Source: an uncultured delta proteobacterium
GTDB lineage: Bacteria; Desulfobacterota; Binatia; UBA9968
Assembly: GCA_963727625.1 (NCBI GenBank)
Contig: CAVSHR010000009.1
Location: 32,001-96,000, forward strand
Length of the DNA stretch: 64,000 nucleotides
Direction: 5' to 3'
The notes below the pieces were generated by a model, which worked only from the letters and a program-made list of their open reading frames with translations, was not told the DNA's origin and did not search any database. This document shows, piece after piece, positions 18,451-27,922 of this stretch; the first letter of the stretch is position 1; every line of letters begins with the position of its first letter. The translations under genes were made by a program, and so were the position numbers.

Positions 18451-19323
18451 ATGGCCAACGACAGAAACAAAAGAGCCAGGCAACCGACCACCAACTCGCT
18501 TGCGCGCCAGGGCCCCAACTGGCCATTGTTTGTTCTCGCCTTGATCGGCATGGGCTTGTCCGGCTATCTCACCTTTTCCGCGTGGCAGGGAAGTCAAGTT
18601 GCTTTCTGTACCGAAGGCGCCGGTTGTGATGTCGTGCTCAATAGCCGCTGGTCAACCCTCCTAGGCATGCCGACTGCGTTCTGGGGTTTCCTTACCTATG
18701 CGCTCCTCGCCGCTGTCGCCTGGAACAAGAATGCCGCGGATCAATGGCGCTGGGCTTGGGTGATTTCTTTATTCGGGCTGCTCTACAGCCTCTATTTGAC
18801 TTCGATCTCTTTCTTCGAGTTGCAAGCTGCTTGTCCCTATTGCCTGACCTCGCTTGCTTTGATGACGGCGATTTTTATTTTGCTGACTTTCCAGAAGCCG
18901 AGCAGTCTTGCGAAATTTTCCTGGGGGCCATGGTTGGCCAAAACGGTCGGAACCGCCGCTGTCGCCATCGTATTACTTCATACATATTATGCCGGCTTTT
19001 GGGGCAATGCTCCCGGACCGGAGGATCCTTGGATTCGCGGCTTGGCCGAACATCTGTCGAAAAGCGACGCTAAATTTTACGGCGCCTCCTGGTGCCCGCA
19101 TTGCAAAGACCAGAAAGAGATGTTCGGCAGTTCGGTTGAACGCATTCCCTATGTGGAGTGCAGCCCCGGCGGACCCCAAGCGCCCCAAGCGCAGGTGTGT
19201 AAAGATAAAAATATTGAGAGTTACCCCACTTGGATCATTAACGGACAGCGCTATACCGGCGTCCAACCGTTGGATACCCTCGCCCAGTTGACCCAGTTCC
19301 AGTATCAAGGAGACAAACCATGA
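18451..19323 (+). CDS. Vitamin K epoxide reductase (VKOR)-thioredoxin fusion
   Basis: C-x5-C loop (CTEGAGCDVVLNS), TM CPYC, then a C-terminal YGASWCPHC..YPTW thioredoxin domain. Confidence 0.9.
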   Translation: MANDRNKRARQPTTNSLARQGPNWPLFVLALIGMGLSGYLTFSAWQGSQVAFCTEGAGCDVVLNSRWSTLLGMPTAFWGFLTYALLAAVAWNKNAADQWRWAWVISLFGLLYSLYLTSISFFELQAACPYCLTSLALMTAIFILLTFQKPSSLAKFSWGPWLAKTVGTAAVAIVLLHTYYAGFWGNAPGPEDPWIRGLAEHLSKSDAKFYGASWCPHCKDQKEMFGSSVERIPYVECSPGGPQAPQAQVCKDKNIESYPTWIINGQRYTGVQPLDTLAQLTQFQYQGDKP

Positions 19324-19790
19324 GAGGGTGCGATTGGCAATATAAGATAACCTTGAATCTGGCCGCCGTTGCGCTGGTTATGGCCTTCTGGCCCGCGGTC
19401 GCGCCGGCCGACCCGTCAAAATATCCGGAATTCGCCCAACAGACGGTTCCTCCGGATGTCAAACTTGTCTTTATTAGCATCGAGGAACTCGTCAAGGAAT
19501 TGAAAGGTAGAATCCGACCGGTGATCATCGACGTCCGTTCAACGGAGGAATTCCGCGAGGTGCACATTCTGGGCGCGGTTTCCGCGCCGCTGGCGGAATT
19601 CAAAGATTACATCAAAAGCATCCCGCGTGATCGGCCGGTCGTGCTTTATTGAGCATGCCCTCATCACCTGGCCAGTCTGGCCTATGGCATTCTCTACGAA
19701 GACGGCTACCGCAACATGAAAGTGCTCAACGAAGGAATCGTCGGTTGGTACCAGAAGCGCTACCCCATGGAAGGAACTAAGGCTCCCTGA
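19320..19790 (+). CDS. Exported rhodanese-domain protein, probable selenoprotein (UGA at 19650-19652)
   Basis: Signal-like N-terminus and IIDVRS..EF..HILGA. The frame continues past TGA as (U)ACPHHLA..GYRNMKVLNEGIVGW, completing the rhodanese fold; true stop at 19788-19790. Confidence 0.85.
19653..19690 (+). promoter_or_regulatory. Candidate bacterial SECIS hairpin
   Basis: Immediately 3' of the UGA: upper stem GGCC-AGTCT-GGCC (19670-19682) with G in the loop; lower pairing ATGCC (19655-59)/GGCAT (19686-90). Confidence 0.65.
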
Positions 19791-19799
19791 CCACAAGAC

Positions 19800-20495
19800 A
19801 TGGCTCGCAAGAACGCGGTGATCCTTCTTAGCGGCGGCATCGACTCCGCTACCGCCGCCGCAATCGCTAAACAGGTCGGTTTTGACCTGCACGCGCTAAG
19901 CTTTTCTTACGGCCAGCGCCACGAGCGCGAGATCGTGTACGCCGGCAAAGTCGCGGCGTTCTTGCAGGCCAAAACCCACCGGGTGATCCGCTTCGATCTA
20001 AGAGCAATCGGCGGTTCCGCACTCACCGATCAGATCGAAGTACCGAAAGGACGAAGCGAGACGGAGATTTCAACCGGCATACCGGTCACCTACGTGCCGG
20101 CGCGCAACACGATCTTCCTCTCCTTCGCGCTCGCCCTCGCCGAGCGCATCGAAGCGCAGGATATTTTTTTCGGCGCCAATCAACTCGATTACAGCGGCTA
20201 TCCCGATTGCCGCGAGGCCTATATCCGCGCCTTTGAAACGATGGCGAACCTCGCCACCAAGGCCGGCATCGAGGGCAAGTCTCGGCTGCACATTCAGACA
20301 CCGTTGCTGCAGATGACTAAAGCGAAAATCATTGCCACCGGCCTGAAGCTCGGCCTCGACTATGGATTGACCTGGAGCTGTTACGACCCGGTGCACGATG
20401 GGCGCGCCTGCGGCCGCTGCGATAGCTGCCAGCTCAGGCTTAAAGGATTCAAAGAGGCAGGAAGCGTCGATCCGATCGCCTACGCCGACCATTAG
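19800..20495 (+). CDS. queC: 7-cyano-7-deazaguanine synthase
   Basis: LSGGIDS, TYVPARN, YPDCR and TWSCY..CGRCDSC motifs. Confidence 0.95.
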   Translation: MARKNAVILLSGGIDSATAAAIAKQVGFDLHALSFSYGQRHEREIVYAGKVAAFLQAKTHRVIRFDLRAIGGSALTDQIEVPKGRSETEISTGIPVTYVPARNTIFLSFALALAERIEAQDIFFGANQLDYSGYPDCREAYIRAFETMANLATKAGIEGKSRLHIQTPLLQMTKAKIIATGLKLGLDYGLTWSCYDPVHDGRACGRCDSCQLRLKGFKEAGSVDPIAYADH

Positions 20496-20517
20496 GATTT
20501 CGACGCAACAATTTGAA

Positions 20518-21408
20518 ATGTTAACCGCCCCCTTCACGCCCGAATTTCTCAGCCAATTGGAAGCGCTCAGGCTGCGCACGCGAAAGGAATTCTTGGGCAA
20601 CCACCCGGGCAGCTATTCTTCGCCACGGCGCGGCACGAGCTTGGAATTTTCCGACTACCGCCGTTACAGCCCGGGCGACGACCTGCGCTACCTCGACTGG
20701 GGCATTTATGCGCGCAGCGACCGGCTCTACATAAAAGTCTTCCGTGAAGAGGTCGACTTATTTGCCTACGTGTTCATCGACGCCAGCGCTTCGATGGCCT
20801 TCCCGTCGCGTGAGCAAAAGTTTTTGCCGGCTAGTCACGTGGCGCTCTCTCTCGCCTACGTCGTTCTAGCCAACCACGACCACGTCAAATTCCATTTGTT
20901 GCAGGACGGCGCCGGTGCCGCCTCGCCCTTTTATCGCGGTCGGCGTCGCATGACAGATTGCGCTGATTTCGCCAACTCGGCGAGCCCCGCCGGACCGCTG
21001 GAGCTGGCCGCTTCCCTAGGCGAGCACTTGAAGCGCCTGCGCCGGCCGGGGAAAGCCATTCTCATCTCGGATTTTCTCATGCCCGCCGCGGCTTATCAGC
21101 AGGGGCTTAACTTGCTACGCGCCTTCAATCTCGACATCGTCGCCATTCAAGTGCTGTCGCGCTATGAAGTCGATCCGCCGTTTCCCACCGGTACCGTCGC
21201 CTTGGTCGACAGCGAGAGCCAAACCGAGATCAAGCATCAGTGGAGTACGGCCGCCCGGCGCGAATATCAGAGCAAATTGGCGCATCACAACGCGGAGATT
21301 CGCAGTTTCTGCCACCAGAGCGGTATCCACTATTCATTCTATGTGACCGATCGTGATCTCGGCGAATTTGTCTTCGCCACCCTGCCGGCCGTCGGCCTGT
21401 TCAAGTAA
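20518..21408 (+). CDS. DUF58 domain protein
   Basis: GTSLEFSDYRRYSPGDDLRYLDW, DASASM and ISDF motifs. Confidence 0.9.
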   Translation: MLTAPFTPEFLSQLEALRLRTRKEFLGNHPGSYSSPRRGTSLEFSDYRRYSPGDDLRYLDWGIYARSDRLYIKVFREEVDLFAYVFIDASASMAFPSREQKFLPASHVALSLAYVVLANHDHVKFHLLQDGAGAASPFYRGRRRMTDCADFANSASPAGPLELAASLGEHLKRLRRPGKAILISDFLMPAAAYQQGLNLLRAFNLDIVAIQVLSRYEVDPPFPTGTVALVDSESQTEIKHQWSTAARREYQSKLAHHNAEIRSFCHQSGIHYSFYVTDRDLGEFVFATLPAVGLFK

Positions 21409-21412
21409 GCCT

Positions 21413-23230
21413 ATGGAATTTCTCAATCCTGCCGCGTTACTCGGCCTGCTCGCGCTGCCGCTGCTGCTGATTCCATACTTGATCCGGCGCAAGCCGCGCC
21501 GGCTGGTATTTTCCAGCCTGTTGCTTTTCATCGAGGGCGATGCCGAAGCCAGCCGGCCACTCGGGCGAATCAACCTGCCACCGATTTTTTTCCTGCAGCT
21601 GTTGCTGCTGGCTTTGCTTATCTTTGCCATGAGCGAACCGGTGTTTTCCGTGCGCCCCACCAGCATCGCCATCGTTTTGGACAATTCCGCGAGCATGCAG
21701 GCCGCGCAAGATGGCAAGACCCGATTGACGCTGGCTCAAGAGAAAGCCGGCGCCGTGATCGGCGAGCTTGGCGCGGCCGGCAAAGTCGATCTCTACGTGA
21801 CGACGCCGCGGCTGGCGAAAATTCATGCGGCGGCGTTGACGCCGAGCCAAGCCCGAAGCGCAGTCAAAAATATTAAAGCGTACGACCTCGGCGATTCCCC
21901 GATCGATTACGACCAGGCGCTTAACCAATTGGCCCGGGAACAAAAGTACGAGCGCGTCTACCTCATTACGGATCATCCCGCGGGCGGCCAGACCGCGGCA
22001 ACCCGGGTCATTTCCGTCGGGCAACCGCGCGACAATCTGGCTGTCACGGCCTTCGACGTGCGCCGCTCCTCTCTGATCAACTCGCGCATGGAAGCCAGCG
22101 CCCTGGTGGCCAATTTTTCCGCCAAGAACGAACGGGTAAAAATTTCGCTCAAAGCCGACGGCGCCATCCTGGCCAGCCGCGAGCTTCGCGTCGGCGCCGA
22201 CAAGACTGCCAGCGCGACTTTCGAGGGTTTTTCCGAGCATCCGAGCTATGAAGTCGAGATCGACGCGCGCGACGCGTTGGCGCTCGACAATCGCCGCTTT
22301 GCGGTGGCAACTAGCACCCGCAAACTGCGCATTCTCGCGGTCACGCCGCGCCCCCAGGCGGCAAGCAGCTTGAAATTGATTCAAGGTGTGAGTGTCGATG
22401 TCATCGCGCCGGCCGATTACGCAAAATATCAGCGCCCCGGATATGGATTGGAGATATTCCATTTCGCCACGCCCGCACGCCTGCCGGAAAATCCCGCGCT
22501 GTTTATCCTGCCGCCGGCGAATAACTCCCTCGTGGATCTCGGCGCGCCAATTTCGAACCCGCAAATTTCCAGCTGGCGCGAGCCTCATGTGCTGACACGC
22601 TACATCAATTTCAGCTTGTTGCGCCCGACCTACGCCCGCCCGCTGAAACCTCAGAGCGCGGGCGATGTCATTATCGAAAGTCCCGCCGGCGCTCTCGCTT
22701 TCGCGGTTGAGCGGCCAGGGACCCGTTATCTGATCCTCGGCTTCGACCCCTTGCCTTATCTGGGGCGGAAAAACTTGCCGATGTCGATTTTCACCCTCAA
22801 CTTTCTCGATTGGTTCATCGAGAGCGGCGGTTCGCGCAGCCAAGCCACCGGCGAGCCCATTCCATTGATCGCCGCCCGATCCGGCGACCTCCTGATAACG
22901 CCCGCGGGCGATAGAATTGCGCTGAAACCTGGCCTCAGCTATTTTCCGTCGACCTTTGCGCAGGGGATTTACCGGCGCAGCCGCGCCGGTGCGAGCGAGC
23001 TTTACGCGCGTAATCTGGACGACCTGGGCGAGTCCGATCTGCGCGCTTCCAGTACGATCGAGCTGCGCGGCGAGTCCGAGAATTCCGGCAGCGCCTCGGT
23101 GCTGTTTTCCTTCTGGCCCTATCTCCTGCTCGCCTCGTTGTTCCTGCTAGTGATTGAGTGGTTCATCAATCCGCGGCTGGCGCGCCCGGCGTTCTTGCGC
23201 CGCGGCCGTCGCCCGCTATTTTCACGCTGA
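21413..23230 (+). CDS. BatA N-terminal / vWA domain membrane protein
   Basis: MEFLNPAALLGL N-terminus, MIDAS-like DNSASM, LITD, C-terminal TM. Confidence 0.82.
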   Translation: MEFLNPAALLGLLALPLLLIPYLIRRKPRRLVFSSLLLFIEGDAEASRPLGRINLPPIFFLQLLLLALLIFAMSEPVFSVRPTSIAIVLDNSASMQAAQDGKTRLTLAQEKAGAVIGELGAAGKVDLYVTTPRLAKIHAAALTPSQARSAVKNIKAYDLGDSPIDYDQALNQLAREQKYERVYLITDHPAGGQTAATRVISVGQPRDNLAVTAFDVRRSSLINSRMEASALVANFSAKNERVKISLKADGAILASRELRVGADKTASATFEGFSEHPSYEVEIDARDALALDNRRFAVATSTRKLRILAVTPRPQAASSLKLIQGVSVDVIAPADYAKYQRPGYGLEIFHFATPARLPENPALFILPPANNSLVDLGAPISNPQISSWREPHVLTRYINFSLLRPTYARPLKPQSAGDVIIESPAGALAFAVERPGTRYLILGFDPLPYLGRKNLPMSIFTLNFLDWFIESGGSRSQATGEPIPLIAARSGDLLITPAGDRIALKPGLSYFPSTFAQGIYRRSRAGASELYARNLDDLGESDLRASSTIELRGESENSGSASVLFSFWPYLLLASLFLLVIEWFINPRLARPAFLRRGRRPLFSR

Positions 23231-25785
23231 TGAAAACCTTATTAGCCAATATCGAGTTTGCCAGGCCGGTCTTTCTCTGGCTTTTCCTTGCCTTGCCGCT
23301 GCTTTGGTTTCGCCTGCGTGACCGCCGTCTGACCGTGCTGATCGCGCGCACCTTAATCGTCGCGTTGCTGATCGTCGCTCTAACCGACCCGCAATCCACC
23401 AGTGAACAAGCGAGCAGCCAAGAGCGAGTGTTCGCCTTCGATCTCTCTGCGAGCATTCCTGCTTCGATGCGCGACTGGATGAAACGTGCGACCGACGCAC
23501 AGCCCGCACCGAGACGCGGCGATCACGTCTTCGTTTTTGGCGCGGTTCCAGTCAAAGCCGCCAATTGGCGCGACCGCTTGAACGGCGACGCTTCGAAATC
23601 CAACGGTATCCAACCGGAGAAAACTGATCTTGAGAGGCTTCTGCATGCGATCCTAGAATTGCCGCCAGCACCGCGAAGTCTGTTTCTATATACCGACGGC
23701 TGGGAAACGGAAGGAACCGTGGAGCGCCTGTTGCCGGCCGTCGCCGCAGCGGGAATTAAAATCTACCCGATCTTGCCAACGGAGCGCCCGGCCATCGCCA
23801 ACGTGGCCGTAACCAAGCTCCTGGCGCCGACTCAGGGCAACACCGGGGAAAGCTTGAATCTGAAGGTTGTCGTCGAAAATCAAAATGATCGGCCGGTCGA
23901 GGGCACCTTGACTCTGACGCGCAACGGCCAGACTGTTAAATCTGAAACGGCCAGACTAAGTCCGGGCAGCCAAGTTTTCTCCTTTCAAACCACGCCGGCC
24001 GAAGGCACGCTGACCTCTTTTCAGGCGAGTTTCAGCGCGCGCAACCCGCAGCTCGACCGTTATTCGACTGACAACCGCGCCCTCGCCTGGGTTTCCGTGC
24101 ACGCCAAAGCCAAGATCTTGCTGATCAACGGCCGTAGCGGCGCCGGCCGTTATCTCGAGGAAATACTCAAGCGCCAGGGCCTTGAGCTGACCGTGCGCAC
24201 GGCCGACAACGCGCCATCTCCCAGCGGTTACAAGGTAGTGATCTTCAACAATGCGGAGCGCGAGCGCTTTTCGCCGAGTTACCTCGCATCGGTGGAACGC
24301 CACGTTGCCGATGGCAACGGCTTTATCATGCTCGGCGCCGATGCCAGCTTCGCGCCGGCGAGCTATCGTCAGACACCGATCGAGCGGATTTTGCCGGTCG
24401 AGCCGAAAGAGCCGCCCAAGCGCGAAGAGAAAAACCGTGCCGTGGTTTTGGTCATCGACAAGTCCGGCAGCATGCGCGACGACAACCGGATTGTTTACGC
24501 AAAAGAAGCGGCCAAAGCGGTGGCGCGCCAACTGCGCGACATCGACCTGTTGGGCGTGGTCGGTTTCGATGACAGCCCGTTTGTCGTAGTTTATCTGGAA
24601 CGCATGGCGCGGCTGCGCGGCGTGGTCGACACGCAAATTGATCGCCTGAAGCCCGGCGGTCAAACCTACTTCCTTCCCGCTCTGGTCGAAGCCGGACGGC
24701 AGCTGGAACGGGCCAACGCGACCCGCAAGCATATCATCTTGTTGAGCGACGGCGTCACGAGGGGCAGCCAGGGCGAGCTCGTTGATCTGGTCAGTTACTT
24801 CAAAAACCGCCTCAAGATCACGGTTTCGACCGTGGCGATCAGCAGCGAGGCGGATGTCCGCATTATGAAGCGGCTAAGCCAATATGGCGGCGGCCTGTTT
24901 CACCACACCGTGGACCCTTCGACGCTGCCGCGAATCGTCCTAGAACAGCTTCAAGACAAACCGAAGGACGAGCCGCAAAATGAAGGGCCATGGACGCCGA
25001 TTCCCGAGCGAAGCTCTGAACTGCTGGCGGGGCTTGGCATAAGAAACTATCCGGCGGTTTTGGGCTACATGGACACGGACTTGAAGCGCGGCGCGAAGAT
25101 GGACCTGATGATCCAGCGGCAGGATCGTAGGCTGCCGTTATTGGCTTCTTGGCGCTACGGCAAAGGTAAGGCGATTGCTTTGACCACCGACTTGGAGGGG
25201 CGCTGGAGCCGAAACTGGATCCCGTGGACCGGCCTGCAGGCTTTTTGGGGCCGCATTCTGGAATGGCTCGTCCCGGTCGAGGAAAATCTGGTACCGGCCC
25301 ACGAAGCAAGGGTAAGCTTAGTCGAAAATCGCTCGATCCTCGACCTGTCAGTATACGAAGAAGCCGGCGCCAATAGCCAATATCGCTACACAATGACCGG
25401 CAAAGCCGGCAAGAACGAGGGTTCTCTCACCAAACTGGCTCCCGGCCATTACCAAACCGTTTTGCCGGTTTCCGAACCAGGGGACTACCGGATTGACCTA
25501 GTGGAGGATCGCGCCGGTCGGCGCATCCCCTTTCCACCGGTCGGCTACAGTCTTGCCCACGATTTGAAGAGTGAAATGCCGCGGCCCGAGTTCAACACCC
25601 GCTTACTCGCCAAGATGGCCGAGGCTACCGGTGGCGAGATCAATCCTCGACCAGCGCAGACGCGCGTTACCATAAGCGTAACCAAGTCTTATGCGCCGCT
25701 CAGGCAACCCCTGATTCTGACGGTTTTCTGCCTGTTGCTGCTCGAGGTGGCAATCAGAAAGTTCGCCTTTGCCGAGCCGGACTGA
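23230..25785 (+). CDS. vWA domain protein with glutamine amidotransferase-like domain
   Basis: DLSAS and DKSGSM MIDAS motifs, LSDG, PLLASWRYGKGK; terminal TM segments. Confidence 0.8.
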   Translation: MKTLLANIEFARPVFLWLFLALPLLWFRLRDRRLTVLIARTLIVALLIVALTDPQSTSEQASSQERVFAFDLSASIPASMRDWMKRATDAQPAPRRGDHVFVFGAVPVKAANWRDRLNGDASKSNGIQPEKTDLERLLHAILELPPAPRSLFLYTDGWETEGTVERLLPAVAAAGIKIYPILPTERPAIANVAVTKLLAPTQGNTGESLNLKVVVENQNDRPVEGTLTLTRNGQTVKSETARLSPGSQVFSFQTTPAEGTLTSFQASFSARNPQLDRYSTDNRALAWVSVHAKAKILLINGRSGAGRYLEEILKRQGLELTVRTADNAPSPSGYKVVIFNNAERERFSPSYLASVERHVADGNGFIMLGADASFAPASYRQTPIERILPVEPKEPPKREEKNRAVVLVIDKSGSMRDDNRIVYAKEAAKAVARQLRDIDLLGVVGFDDSPFVVVYLERMARLRGVVDTQIDRLKPGGQTYFLPALVEAGRQLERANATRKHIILLSDGVTRGSQGELVDLVSYFKNRLKITVSTVAISSEADVRIMKRLSQYGGGLFHHTVDPSTLPRIVLEQLQDKPKDEPQNEGPWTPIPERSSELLAGLGIRNYPAVLGYMDTDLKRGAKMDLMIQRQDRRLPLLASWRYGKGKAIALTTDLEGRWSRNWIPWTGLQAFWGRILEWLVPVEENLVPAHEARVSLVENRSILDLSVYEEAGANSQYRYTMTGKAGKNEGSLTKLAPGHYQTVLPVSEPGDYRIDLVEDRAGRRIPFPPVGYSLAHDLKSEMPRPEFNTRLLAKMAEATGGEINPRPAQTRVTISVTKSYAPLRQPLILTVFCLLLLEVAIRKFAFAEPD

Positions 25786-25891
25786 CGAGCGCTCCCGCGC
25801 TTCCTAACACCCTCTCCCAATTACCTTTTCCGGGTTTTTTTTCGTTTGACAGGAGCCCGGAAACGATCTATTGGTTGGAGTCTTTTTAATT

Positions 25892-27313
25892 ATGCGGGTC
25901 ATAGCATCAGTAAACCGAAGCGCGACGGCAGTTAGTCAGCGGGTCGCCTGGCGGTGTTTTTCTTTTAGCCAGACTAAGAATTTATCGTGGCTGGTTACAT
26001 TCGTCGCAGTGCTAGCGATGAATCTTGTCCAGGCTCACGCCGCCAGACAAAGAGCGGTCGTCCGCAAGGATATCCCCAAGGGTAAATCCGCGGCCACCCA
26101 GGCGAAAAAACATTCCACGCCTCAACCGCGCAAAGCATTACAGCGTTACCAACTCCCTGAACCCATCGATGTGTTAGAAAAGCGAGAGCAAATCGTGCAC
26201 CGGGTGCGCCGCGGCGAATCCTTCACCGATTTGTTGAGTCGTTATGGCCTGGCGGGGACTGAAAAACGATTGTGGTTACGTTCCCTGACGCAAAATAGCG
26301 GTCGGCGGCCATTACCCGTGGGGCGCGAAGTTCATCTCTACTTTGCCAAGCCCACGTTAACGCGCGCAAAAAGAGCCGTTCCGGGCCAACTCAAAGCGCT
26401 GGAAATTGATCAAGACGATTCTTACACGCTGGCTTGGGAAAAAAGCTTAAAAGGAATTCTGTTCCAGCGGCGCGAGAAGCCGTTCGATGTTGAAGTCAAG
26501 AGCGTGAGTGGCGAGGTCGATACCTCGTTATTCGAGGACAGTCGTAAAGCCGCGGTTCATCCCAAACTGCTCTCTCAGCTCGCCGATATCTTCACCTGGG
26601 ACATCGACATCGAGAAGGCGGTCAAAAAGGGCGATAGCTATAAAATTCTTTATGAACAGCGGAGTCGAAAGGGTCAAGAAAGCAAGCCAGTGATGCGAAT
26701 CCTGGCCGCCGAGTTGAACAATGCGGGGCAAAAGCTCACCGCAGTCTATTTCGAAAAGCAAAAGGGACGGGGCAACTATTACAATCTGGAAGGTCGGAGT
26801 CTGGCCCGCTCTTTTCTGCGTTTCCCGCTTGAGTTCACCAGCATAACTTCGCACTTTAACGAATCCCGTTTTCATCCGCTCTTGAAAACCAATTTGCCGC
26901 ATAAGGGCATCGATTTTGCCGCCCGAAGAGGCACTCCCGTCCGAGCAGTCGGCGACGGCGTGATCACCGAAGCGGGCTGGAACGGCGGTTACGGTAAAGC
27001 CATCGACATCAAGCATGATTCGACGTACACGAGCCGCTACGCCCATCTGCAAGGTTTCGCGCCCGGCATCCGCAGCGGCGTGAGTGTCGCCAAGGGACAG
27101 ATCATCGGCTACGTCGGCTCCACGGGCAGGAGCACCGGCCCGCATCTCCACTTTGAACTCTACAAGGACCAGCAGTTCATCGATCCGTTGGGTGTCGACT
27201 TTCCCGCCGAGGAAAGCATCGAACCGGCATTACAGAAAGTCTTTGAAAATCAGACTCGCACCTATATGGTCGAGCTCGCCACTTTTGCACAGCCGTCTCC
27301 GCCACAATCCTAA
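25892..27313 (+). CDS. M23 family peptidoglycan metalloendopeptidase
   Basis: HKGIDFAA, YAHL and TGPHLHFE zinc motifs. Start uncertain. Confidence 0.9.
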   Translation: MRVIASVNRSATAVSQRVAWRCFSFSQTKNLSWLVTFVAVLAMNLVQAHAARQRAVVRKDIPKGKSAATQAKKHSTPQPRKALQRYQLPEPIDVLEKREQIVHRVRRGESFTDLLSRYGLAGTEKRLWLRSLTQNSGRRPLPVGREVHLYFAKPTLTRAKRAVPGQLKALEIDQDDSYTLAWEKSLKGILFQRREKPFDVEVKSVSGEVDTSLFEDSRKAAVHPKLLSQLADIFTWDIDIEKAVKKGDSYKILYEQRSRKGQESKPVMRILAAELNNAGQKLTAVYFEKQKGRGNYYNLEGRSLARSFLRFPLEFTSITSHFNESRFHPLLKTNLPHKGIDFAARRGTPVRAVGDGVITEAGWNGGYGKAIDIKHDSTYTSRYAHLQGFAPGIRSGVSVAKGQIIGYVGSTGRSTGPHLHFELYKDQQFIDPLGVDFPAEESIEPALQKVFENQTRTYMVELATFAQPSPPQS

Positions 27314-27451
27314 CGCTCTCGCCCTGTTTTTTGATTTGGAAAGGGCTGTTCTTTTAGCTTCGGTTTGTAGTCATTGTCTAGGCGCCATCGATCGGACTTT
27401 GGTTTTCCGTATGGACTGTGTGTGTTTACCGAACCGGATTATTGAATTGCC

Positions 27452-27922
27452 ATGGGACAGACCGAGCGAAAGCTCATTCTAATCTTCGCGAGCGGCGGCG
27501 GCGTTGGCTTTTCGCCATATTTTCCGGGCACCTTAGGAACTCTAATCGCCGTGCCGGTTTCTCTCGCCGTCAATCGGCTCGCGCAAATCGCGCCGGTGAT
27601 AGCCTTATTTGCGCTTGCTGGATTAATCTTGATCGCGATCGGCTTGGCGGATAAAGCCGCTAGAATTTTAGAGAAAAAAGATCCCCAAATCGTCGTCATC
27701 GACGAGATCGCCGGTTTTGCCGTGGCCAATTTCCTCACCTACAGCGCCAGCGCTGTAGTCATCGCCTTTGTCTTGTTTCGAATATTTGATATTTCAAAGG
27801 TGTTTCCGGTGGGTCGGCTCGAAAAGCTGCCCGGCGGCGCCGGAATCGTTTTGGACGATCTTATGGCTGGGCTGTATACGTTTTTGATTCTCCGGCTGCT
27901 CTTGTTAATAAATCTCGCATGA
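27452..27922 (+). CDS. pgpA: Phosphatidylglycerophosphatase A
   Basis: PGTLGT, DPQIVVIDE, FRIFDI.K and GIVLDDLMAG motifs. Confidence 0.93.
   Translation: MGQTERKLILIFASGGGVGFSPYFPGTLGTLIAVPVSLAVNRLAQIAPVIALFALAGLILIAIGLADKAARILEKKDPQIVVIDEIAGFAVANFLTYSASAVVIAFVLFRIFDISKVFPVGRLEKLPGGAGIVLDDLMAGLYTFLILRLLLLINLA

Noticed and set aside
21437-22843. 468-aa minus-strand ORF
   Set aside because: Antisense shadow of the vWA gene, typical of high-GC DNA.
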